Assembly: GCF_014651875.1 (NCBI RefSeq)
Contig: NZ_BMXS01000002.1
Span: forward strand, 228,446 to 260,445
From: Litchfieldella qijiaojingensis
Lineage (GTDB): Bacteria > Pseudomonadota > Gammaproteobacteria > Pseudomonadales > Halomonadaceae
Direction of reading: 5' to 3'
Length of the DNA: 32,000 nt
Made by a program: the position numbers and the translations under genes. Shown here in pieces: positions 25,771 through 32,000 of the stretch. Position 1 is the stretch's first letter; each line of letters starts with the position of its first letter. The notes beneath the pieces are model-generated. The model did no database searches. It was not told the origin of the DNA and saw nothing but the letters and a program-made list of their open reading frames with translations.

Positions 25771-27083
25771 TCATTCATCTCGTTATCTGTCATGGAATTC
25801 AACTTGACTGGTTGCCTTATCGGCAACCAGATACAAAATCTCGTGCCTTTTCCTACCTCGCTGAATACCTTGATCCTACCATGATGCTTTTGAACGATAT
25901 TGTAGGAAAGCGCCAGACCAAGCCCTGTTCCCTTACCGACAGGTTTGGTGGTAAAGAAAGGTTCGTATATTCGATTGAGAAGCTTCGGATCTATTCCCTT
26001 TCCAGTATCCTCTATCTCGAACCATACCCATTCGCCCTCGTTTCCAGTCCGTAGGTTGATAGTGCCAAACTCCTCGATAGAATGCGCGGCATTTATCAGA
26101 AGATTCATGACCACTTGGTTGATTTGAGAGAGGATACACTCCACCTCTGGAAGCTCACCGTATTCCTTGACAATATCAGCCTTGTACTTGAGCTCGCTCT
26201 GTACCACATTAAGTGTGGTGTCGATGCCGTGATGAAGGTCGGCGAAGCGGAATTCTTCTTCATCGATATGTGAAAAATCCTTGAGTGCCGTGATGATCTT
26301 CTTCACACGTTCGAGTCCATCCTCGGACTCATTGATCAGCGATTTGATATCGCCACGAATGTAATCGTATTCCAAGGCACGTTTGAGCTGTTGCAACGCT
26401 TCGATGTCTGCCGCTTCGTCCACGGCATCGATGATACGCAAAAGGTCCTGCACATAGCCGGCCAGTGTCTTCAGGTTGGAAGACACGTAGCCTATGGGAT
26501 TGTTGATTTCGTGAGCGACGCCAGCGGCGAGCTGCCCGATGGCCGCCAGCTTTTCCGACTGCGCGAGTTGATTGTTGGCCTTTTCCAGTTTTTCGATCAA
26601 TCGATCCTGATCGACTAGTTCGTCCCTTTCGCCAGCGGACTGAATGTCCCAAACCATGTCGGTATCGTACCGGTTGCAGGCATCATCGAGCACGAGAGCG
26701 AAAAGCCCGAAATGGTCCGCGTGGAACACGGGGAATAACCGCCAGTTCAACGCTCGCACACCCTTCCCTTCCGCAGTGCCCAGAGGCATTTGGATCAGGT
26801 CGTGGGCATCGTCTTGTGCCCCAAACATGGTATTCCCTCCGAGGCAGGTCCGTTCGACCCTCTCACGCAGACCCACCACATCCGTATGGGGGAAAACATC
26901 GGCGAGAAATTGACCTTTGGCCTGCGACAAACACATGCCACTACATCGAGCGACGAAGCCATTCCAATACTCTATGCGTAACTCCTGATCGATCAGCAGC
27001 AAGCCGAGACCGACGCGGTCGGCCAACGCGGTCACGAGAGAAGGATGGAATCTATCCAAGGAACACCCCCCATGGAAATGCAA
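25767..27083 (-). CDS. Soluble PAS-domain histidine kinase (438 aa)
   Basis: The N-terminal ~140 aa are PAS-like (GLLLIDQELRIEYWNGFVARCSGM...). H-box QLAAGVAHEINNPIGYVSSNL, N-box NLLINAAHS, G1 EDTGKGI, FEPFFTTKPVGKGTGLGLA. No TM segment. This is the first gene of the low-GC operon. Confidence 0.85.
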   Translation of the reverse strand: MHFHGGCSLDRFHPSLVTALADRVGLGLLLIDQELRIEYWNGFVARCSGMCLSQAKGQFLADVFPHTDVVGLRERVERTCLGGNTMFGAQDDAHDLIQMPLGTAEGKGVRALNWRLFPVFHADHFGLFALVLDDACNRYDTDMVWDIQSAGERDELVDQDRLIEKLEKANNQLAQSEKLAAIGQLAAGVAHEINNPIGYVSSNLKTLAGYVQDLLRIIDAVDEAADIEALQQLKRALEYDYIRGDIKSLINESEDGLERVKKIITALKDFSHIDEEEFRFADLHHGIDTTLNVVQSELKYKADIVKEYGELPEVECILSQINQVVMNLLINAAHSIEEFGTINLRTGNEGEWVWFEIEDTGKGIDPKLLNRIYEPFFTTKPVGKGTGLGLALSYNIVQKHHGRIKVFSEVGKGTRFCIWLPIRQPVKLNSMTDNEMNE

Positions 27084-27527
27084 CGAAGCGTGTGGATGTC
27101 AGTGACCTTGTGCTCATGTCTTGCTATCACTCGGGGCCGAATGGACGAAGACCGGCGGGGGCAGGCCGAGACTTGCGGCAAACCACTGGAGGCGTTCGGG
27201 TACGATCAAAGCGGTTGACTGTCACCCCCGGCGCATACGTTGGATACCTTATAGGGACTATCGGCCGCCCCCCTGGAACCTTGAGGGAAAAATCAGACTC
27301 GTCGGCCTGCGCACGCTTATTCGCCTGGGGGGCATCAATTCAGGTCTGGAACCAGCCACGCTCACAACCACTTACCAAGTACCATGATCCAGGCCAGCAA
27401 GGCGCCAAACGGTGATACGCATCCGGCATCAGGGGTCGCCTCCAGGAGAGACACAAGGCCCATGCAGTCGTCGAGGCAGCCTTCTTCCTTCTACGTTACC
27501 ATTGGCTTCGAAACCAAGGGAGCCTTT

Positions 27528-27893
27528 ATGCGTATCAAAGGATTTGTGGTAATGCTGCTTGCCTTCTCGGTAGCGAGTTGCAGTGATGGACAGCCCGACT
27601 GGATGAAGGCGGCACTGGATGACGATGTGGATCAGACGCGTTGGGAAGCGTCGTCACTGGAGGCGAAGGTGGCGACGGCAGGCCTATGGTTGCAGCGCTT
27701 GAACGATGACGGATACCTTTCACTTGATAAGCCGGAAGTCGAGATGGAGCCTGAGGCAAGCGCACTGACCGCCTGTATCGACTCGTCGCTAGAAGACGCA
27801 ACTGCCGAATCGGCAACTGGCGTACGCCTGGCAGCGGCGGATTGTGTTCATGAATTGGGGTATGCGAAGCGAGCAGACGAGCTCGTGGATTGA
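27528..27893 (+). CDS. Small putative lipoprotein (121 aa), function unknown
   Basis: The ATG at 27528 has AAGGGAG 5 nt upstream. The signal peptide and lipobox read MRIKGFVVMLLAFSVASC. The mature part is acidic. The longer track ORF from 27384 lacks an RBS and adds a non-hydrophobic leader. Confidence 0.6.
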   Translation: MRIKGFVVMLLAFSVASCSDGQPDWMKAALDDDVDQTRWEASSLEAKVATAGLWLQRLNDDGYLSLDKPEVEMEPEASALTACIDSSLEDATAESATGVRLAAADCVHELGYAKRADELVD

Positions 27894-28225
27894 CACACTA
27901 CGGCGTGTTTGATCATTTGCCAGGCAGTGGCAAGCCGCTGCAGTTGGATGATGACAGCATGGTTCCTGAGCAACTGCGGGCCGGTTACCGGCTGCTGAAA
28001 ATTGCCGGCTATATGCCTCCGAAGTTAGAGTTGGTACACGAAATCCGCGAGGTGGAAAGTCTGATTGCTCGTCTGGATCAGGGCGAGGAGCGGGAACAGG
28101 CCTGCGCCCGTCTCAATCTGTTACGTGCCCGTTTACAGGCACAGGGGCATGACCTGAGCCTATCGCGGGAGCGAGGCGAATATCGAGCAAAGCTGATTCA
28201 ACGACGGCCATCTACCACGATCTAG
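27890..28225 (+). CDS. DUF1992 (DnaJC28-like) domain protein, apparently N-terminally short
   Basis: FDHLPGSGKPLQLDDDSMVPEQLRAGYRLLKIAGYMPPKLELVHEI matches the DUF1992 core (F.nLpG.GkPL...aYriLknaGy.Ppel). The only available start is TTG at 27890, overlapping the upstream TGA. The frame is closed by TGA at 27851, and no ATG or GTG lies in between. Confidence 0.55.
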   Translation: MTHYGVFDHLPGSGKPLQLDDDSMVPEQLRAGYRLLKIAGYMPPKLELVHEIREVESLIARLDQGEEREQACARLNLLRARLQAQGHDLSLSRERGEYRAKLIQRRPSTTI

Positions 28226-28253
28226 CCATTCTTGCGCTACGCACGATGACTAT

Positions 28254-29192
28254 TTACTCGACCCATACGAACTTTCCAGCATCCAGTTCGGCCTCGCCAT
28301 CCCAGCGGTAGGCACATAACTTACCATCGCTATCACCATGCGCATGTCCGGCAGCAATGCTGTAATCCAGGCACGCAATATGCGGCGTGAGAGGTTCCGG
28401 GATGCCGGTAAGCCAGTAGTGACCGACGAACAGCGGTTTGTCCCCCTCATAACCGGGCAGCACATCCTCGGGAATCGGCACGTGTGGGATCTCCTCGATG
28501 GCTTCCGCCGGTACCATTGCCAGGTCACGATAGGTGATACCTTCCAATTCCCACCAGCGAGTTCGGATAAGCCGGCGGGGGTTGCCGTCCTTGTCGTTGA
28601 ACTCGATACCGGTAGGCAATGGGACTTCCAGCCCCTTGAGCAGGGTTTCCAACGCATCGTAGGCAGGGGTTCGCTCACGTGTCAGCGTCCGCCAGGCGAC
28701 GGGCAGGATCCGCTGGCGGTCATCGAGGTAGTCGGCCAGCTGGTCGAGGGAAGGCCGATGCCAACAGGCATGCACCACGCGCAGACCCTCCAGGTCAAGA
28801 TACAGCGGCAATGTCTTGAACCAGTCGATGTGGTCGCGATGCAACGCGCTGCCTTCCCCCACCTGCTCCAGGTAAAGCTGGTGCTGACGACGGTGCTTGT
28901 CATTGTGCCGACGCAGGTGCTCGCCAGGGATGTCAGGATCTTCGCTGGCCCAGGCCACAGCATTGAACTCATGGTTACCCATGACCGCCAAAGCCTGGCC
29001 ATTTTCGACCATGGTCTGGGCAACATGCACGGTTTCCACTTGCTCGGGGCCGCGATCGACGAAATCGCCGAGGTATATCACCCGGCGTTCAGGGTGTGAC
29101 CAAACGCCTTGCCGTTCCTGATAACCGAGCTTAACGAGAAGGCGCTTGAGAGGTGTGGCGTAACCGTGGATGTCGCCGATGAGATCGAACAT
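28254..29192 (-). CDS. PPP-family metallophosphoesterase (PrpE/ApaH-like Ser/Thr phosphatase or diadenosine polyphosphatase)
   Basis: 312 aa. Motifs GDIHG, GDFVDRGP, GNHE and a later HACWH form the calcineurin-like phosphoesterase signature. Confidence 0.8.
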   Translation of the reverse strand: MFDLIGDIHGYATPLKRLLVKLGYQERQGVWSHPERRVIYLGDFVDRGPEQVETVHVAQTMVENGQALAVMGNHEFNAVAWASEDPDIPGEHLRRHNDKHRRQHQLYLEQVGEGSALHRDHIDWFKTLPLYLDLEGLRVVHACWHRPSLDQLADYLDDRQRILPVAWRTLTRERTPAYDALETLLKGLEVPLPTGIEFNDKDGNPRRLIRTRWWELEGITYRDLAMVPAEAIEEIPHVPIPEDVLPGYEGDKPLFVGHYWLTGIPEPLTPHIACLDYSIAAGHAHGDSDGKLCAYRWDGEAELDAGKFVWVE

Positions 29193-29368
29193 ACGGTCTC
29201 CTGTCCTTGTAAGAGGTGCGGCAGTCGGATGCGCCGGCGCGGGAGATTCTCCGCTCCTCGATTCCGTGGAAGGAAAACGAGTGTGCAGCTGGCATCCAGG
29301 CTTGGGCGGTCACGTCACAGAGAGGGTTGAGCTGGCGACCTACCGGCTGGCGCTACCGAGGCCAGAGG

Positions 29369-29444
<76 letters not shown>

Positions 29445-29479
29445 ATGACACAAAGGCTAGCAGCACAGGCGGCGAAGAG

Positions 29480-29555
29480 TGGCTCCCCGAGCAGGACTCG
29501 AACCTGCGACCCAATGATTAACAGTCATTTGCTCTACCAACTGAGCTATCGGGGA
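29480..29555 (-). tRNA. tRNA-Asn (anticodon GUU)
   Basis: 76 nt, with the same cloverleaf as above and an encoded CCA. Identical to the copy at 29602-29677. Confidence 0.9.
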
Positions 29556-29601
29556 ATCGCCTGTCACGGTGTTCGCGAGGCCGAATTCGGCGATGTCGTA
29601 T

Positions 29602-29677
29602 TGGCTCCCCGAGCAGGACTCGAACCTGCGACCCAATGATTAACAGTCATTTGCTCTACCAACTGAGCTATCGGGGA
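29602..29677 (-). tRNA. tRNA-Asn (anticodon GUU)
   Basis: 76 nt, identical to the copy at 29480-29555. It is the first Asn gene downstream of the candidate promoter. Confidence 0.9.
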
Positions 29678-29698
29678 ACGACCCGGAACACGCGACGT

Positions 29699-29726
29699 AG
29701 TATACGGATCACCTCGTGAACGTCAA
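29699..29726 (-). promoter_or_regulatory. Candidate sigma70 promoter for the tRNA-Asn array
   Basis: The minus strand reads TTGACG (29726..29721), a 16-nt spacer, then TATACT (29704..29699), then the GC-rich discriminator ACGTCGCG. The -10 hexamer ends 21 nt before the mature tRNA 5' end. This is a motif match only. Confidence 0.45.
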
Positions 29727-29832
29727 GCCGACATTGCGATTGACGACCACAAGTCATTATCCCAAGGGGAAAAAGCGCCTGTAAACGCAACGCGCCCGCC
29801 TAGTGAAACCAGGCGGGCGCGTCGGATTCGGC

Positions 29833-29909
29833 TGGTGGCTACGCCCTGATTCGAACAGGGGACCCCATCATTATGAGTGATGTGCTCTAACCGGCTGAGC
29901 TACGTAGCC
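29833..29909 (-). tRNA. tRNA-Met, elongator type (anticodon CAU), second copy
   Basis: The reverse complement is GGCTACGTAGCTCAGCCGGTTAGAGCACATCACTCATAATGATGGGGTCCCCTGTTCGAATCAGGGCGTAGCCACCA. It differs from the 13580-13656 copy at 3 positions: D-loop TT>CC and T-loop G>A. Confidence 0.9.
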
Positions 29910-29962
29910 AATCGGCGGCGGAAACTCTCCGGATGTCCGGGGAGGGCCGGCAACGGGTGCGC

Positions 29963-29991
29963 ATTATGCACGCGGCCCTGCCCCATGGCAA
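29963..29991 (-). promoter_or_regulatory. Candidate sigma70 promoter for the tRNA-Met/Asn operon
   Basis: The minus strand reads TTGCCA (29991..29986), a 17-nt spacer, then CATAAT (29968..29963), then a GCGC discriminator, about 53 nt upstream of tRNA-Met. It is embedded in an imperfect inverted repeat (GGGGAGGGCCG 29939-29949 / CGGCCCTGCCCC 29973-29984). That repeat could instead be the terminator of the upstream binding-protein gene. Confidence 0.4.
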
Positions 29992-30008
29992 GCCCGACTT
30001 ATGCCCAC

Positions 30009-30968
30009 TCAGCCCTCGATGTCCAGCGCTACCTTGACCGCCTCGAGGCCATTCTTGCCATCTACGGTGGCGACACCATCAAGCCACTCGGCAAGCACCT
30101 CGGGGTTGTCTTGCAGGTAGGCTCGCGCCGCATCACGCGGATCCTCGCCCTCGTCCATGATCGCGCTCATCAGCTGGTTTTCCATTTCCAGTGTGAACTC
30201 CAGATTCTCGAGCAGCGCCCCTACGTTGGCGCACTCGTCGACATAACCGGCACGCGTGTTGGTATAGACTGTCGCGCCCCCCAAGTCAGGCCCGAAGTAA
30301 TCATCAGCGCCTTCCAGATAAGCCATGTCGAAGTTGGTGTTCATCGGATGAGGCTCCCAACCGAGAAACACCATCCACTCCTCGCTCTGCATCTTGGAGC
30401 GCAGTTCGGCCAGCATGCCAGCCTCGCTGGAATCGATCAGACGCCAGTCGCTGAGGCCAAAGGCATCGTCATCGATCATATCCTGGATGATCATGTTGCC
30501 GTCATTACCAGCCTCGATACCATATAGGCGGCGGTCGAAACGCTCGGCATGCTCAGCCAGGTCTTCCACCGAGGTCACGCCGGCGTCATACACGTACTGC
30601 GGCACGGCCAAAGTGTACTTGGCGCCATGCAGGTTGGCGGCAACCCGATCGACATCCCCCTGTTCGATATAGGGATCGCTGATCGATGCCATCGAAGGCA
30701 TCCAATTACCCAGGAAGATATCAAAGTCCTGATTACGCAGTCCCGAATAGGCGATGGGCACAGAGACCGTATCGGTCCGGGTATCATAGCCAAGCGCCTC
30801 GAGCACTTCGCTGGTTAGCGCAGTGGTCGCCGTGATATCGGTCCAGCCCACTTCGGCGAAACGGACCGACTGACAACTCTCGGGCTCCTGCGCCATCAGC
30901 GGCGCCGCGCCAAGCGCCATGGCTCCCGCACCCAGCAGCGATATGGACATTTTCAGTGTCTTACTCAT
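30009..30968 (-). CDS. Periplasmic choline/glycine-betaine binding protein of an ABC transporter (OpuAC/ChoX-like)
   Basis: The ATG at 30968 has AGAGGA 6 nt upstream. The signal peptide is MSKTLKMSISLLGAGAMALGAAPLMA. WTDITATTA, NWMP and GWEPHPMN are aromatic-box-type motifs of the OpuAC family. The gene is divergent from betI. Confidence 0.85.
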   Translation of the reverse strand: MSKTLKMSISLLGAGAMALGAAPLMAQEPESCQSVRFAEVGWTDITATTALTSEVLEALGYDTRTDTVSVPIAYSGLRNQDFDIFLGNWMPSMASISDPYIEQGDVDRVAANLHGAKYTLAVPQYVYDAGVTSVEDLAEHAERFDRRLYGIEAGNDGNMIIQDMIDDDAFGLSDWRLIDSSEAGMLAELRSKMQSEEWMVFLGWEPHPMNTNFDMAYLEGADDYFGPDLGGATVYTNTRAGYVDECANVGALLENLEFTLEMENQLMSAIMDEGEDPRDAARAYLQDNPEVLAEWLDGVATVDGKNGLEAVKVALDIEG

Positions 30969-31089
30969 CGGTTCCTCTCTCTTGTTGAACATCCCTCGAG
31001 ACAGGCCATCACACCTGACAGCAGCCTCACTGATAGCCCCAATTTATATATGATCCACCATCTCATAGGATGGCGTAGTGTTTTTATTG

Positions 31090-31103
31090 ATTGAACGTTC
31101 AAT
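31090..31103. promoter_or_regulatory. Perfect 14-bp palindrome ATTGAACGTTCAAT, candidate BetI operator
   Basis: Read directly. It sits in an AT-rich stretch (TTTTTATTGATTGAACGTTCAATAAAAAAG), about midway between the divergent binding-protein start (30968) and the betI start (31219). It resembles the TTGA..TCAA-type BetI boxes I recall. Confidence 0.55.
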
Positions 31104-31218
31104 AAAAAAGATCCATACTATTCACCATAGATGATCTCGTGGCGTCTGGCCAGGCTTGCACCATGACCAACGTACATGCCCACGGCCAAGCACGCCACTT
31201 GTAGAGGAGACAGGACCG

Positions 31219-31809
31219 GTGCCCAAGCTCGGAATGGAACCCATTCGCCGCCGCCAGTTGATCAAGGCGACCATGGAGGCCATCGACGACGTCGGCCTGG
31301 CCGATGCCACCGTGATTCGCATCGCTCGTCGCGCCGGCGTATCCGCAGGCATCATCAGCCATTACTTCGGGGGCAAGGATGGGCTGCTGGAAGCCACCAT
31401 GCGCCAAATCCTCAGTGATCTCGGCCAAGCGGTGGCCCGCCGCCGTCAGGCGCTGCCGACCGATGAGCCACGCGAACATCTGCGAGCCATCATCGACGGC
31501 AACTTCGACCGCAGCCAGGTCAGCCAGTCGGTAATGAAGACCTGGCTGGCATTCTGGGCCAGCAGCATGCACAAGCTCAATCTCCAGCGCCTGCAGCACG
31601 TCAATGACAGAAGGCTGTACTCCAATCTATGCCATCAGTTCCGGCATTGCCTGCCCAAGGAAGAGGCACGGCGGGCGGCCCGCGGTCTGGCGGCCATGAT
31701 CGACGGCCTTTGGTTGCGTGGTGCCCTGGCGCCGGAAGGCCTGGATGTCGACCGCGCGCGCCTGCTCGCCTACGACTACCTCGACGAACAACTGGCTCGC
31801 GCGAACTGA
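31219..31809 (+). CDS. betI: TetR-family choline-responsive repressor BetI
   Basis: A GTG start at 31219 follows GAGGAG. (M)[61 protein letters not shown] is nearly collinear with E. coli BetI ([26 protein letters not shown]...). [12 protein letters not shown] and [10 protein letters not shown] are also conserved. Confidence 0.9.
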   Translation: MPKLGMEPIRRRQLIKATMEAIDDVGLADATVIRIARRAGVSAGIISHYFGGKDGLLEATMRQILSDLGQAVARRRQALPTDEPREHLRAIIDGNFDRSQVSQSVMKTWLAFWASSMHKLNLQRLQHVNDRRLYSNLCHQFRHCLPKEEARRAARGLAAMIDGLWLRGALAPEGLDVDRARLLAYDYLDEQLARAN

Positions 31810-31861
31810 AGCGCGACTCCTTTCATCTTCTTCAACAACCGGCTACGCCCAGGAGGACGCT

Positions 31862-32000
31862 ATGGCGACGCTCGAACTCCAGCAACTCTATATCGGTGGC
31901 CGTCGTGTGGATGCCACCTCCGGTGAAACCTTCCAGGTCATCAATCCCACCGACGGCACCCTACTGGCCGAGGTCCAGCAAGCCTCGCAAGCCGATGTCG
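31862..32000 (+). CDS. betB: Betaine-aldehyde dehydrogenase, N-terminal 46 codons (continues beyond window)
   Basis: ATG 31862 opens MATLELQQLYIGGRRVDATSGETFQVINPTDGTLLAEVQQASQADV. This parallels the E. coli BetB N-terminus (..[26 protein letters not shown]..). AGGAGG lies upstream, and the gene follows betI as in bet operons. Confidence 0.85.
   Translation, partial: MATLELQQLYIGGRRVDATSGETFQVINPTDGTLLAEVQQASQADV

Noticed and set aside
27177-27214. GGCAAACC...ACGATCAAAGCGG, which superficially recalls the GEMM-I c-di-GMP riboswitch core (GGCAAACC...GGGACGCAAAGCC)
   Set aside because: I could not draw the required P1/P2 helices or a GNRA tetraloop. ACGATCAAAGC breaks the conserved ACGCAAAGC. 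The match lies on the plus strand about 300 nt from the nearest plus-strand gene and antisense to the c-di-GMP operon leader. An Infernal scan would settle it.
26816-27415. 199-aa plus-strand ORF spanning the PAS-HK 5' end and the upstream spacer
   Set aside because: Its first half is antisense to the kinase gene. The remainder is Arg/Pro/Gly-rich with no motif and no RBS.
19139-27527. Search for integrase, transposase, IS ends or att-like direct repeats bounding the low-GC island
   Set aside because: None were found by eye. The junction sequences (ATCGGCAATTCCGCATCGTCAG on the left; CAACGAAGCGTGTGGATGTCAGTG... on the right) share only a trivial ~6-nt similarity. I therefore make no mobile-element call.

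Overview
This is a high-GC gammaproteobacterial chromosome segment: sampled 60-nt lines of backbone genes are about 70-75% GC. Gene content, the bet locus and acidic protein tails suggest a halophile of the Halomonadaceae type, but that is inference only.

Most of the window is housekeeping backbone in the gene order I recall from Pseudomonas:
- Minus strand: puuB-like FAD oxidoreductase (partial), LysR remnant, moeB, lrp, prmC, prfA, hemA.
- Plus strand: TPR lipoprotein, lolB, ispE, tRNA-Gln, prs, rplY, pth, ychF, tRNA-Met.
- Then apeB (-) and prc-ligB (+).
- After the island: a small lipoprotein, a DUF1992 protein, a PPP-type metallophosphatase, a minus-strand tRNA operon (Met-Asn-Asn-Asn), a choline/betaine binding protein, and betI-betB.

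The outstanding feature is a block of about 8 kb (19161-27083) with visibly lower GC, 38-50% in sampled lines, wedged between ligB and the lipoprotein gene. It forms one tightly coupled minus-strand operon with no mobility genes. The gene order is:
1. A PAS histidine kinase.
2. A REC plus degenerate HD-GYP ('YN...GFP') regulator.
3. An MglA-type small Ras-like GTPase. It has the TVPGQ switch II, and R53/T54/Q82 fall at the same numbering as Myxococcus MglA. No MglB/Roadblock partner is present in this window.
4. A second soluble histidine kinase with an unassignable N-domain. Its start overlaps the GTPase stop.
5. A 35-codon ORF resembling the tail of a receiver domain.
6. A 1069-aa pseudoREC-PAS-PAS-LOV-GGDEF-EAL-REC protein. 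The LOV domain has an intact NCRFLQ photoactive-cysteine motif.

I read this as a candidate undescribed signalling cassette that links a GTPase switch to two-component signalling and possibly light-responsive c-di-GMP turnover.

Secondary oddities:
- Two perfect heptanucleotide arrays, (GACGGAA)x16 and (TTCGGGC)x13, bracket ychF-tRNA-Met in roughly inverted orientation.
- Two near-identical tRNA-Met genes lie inverted about 16 kb apart.
- Three tandem tRNA-Asn copies follow a consensus-like stable-RNA promoter.
- A LysR gene remnant abuts moeB.
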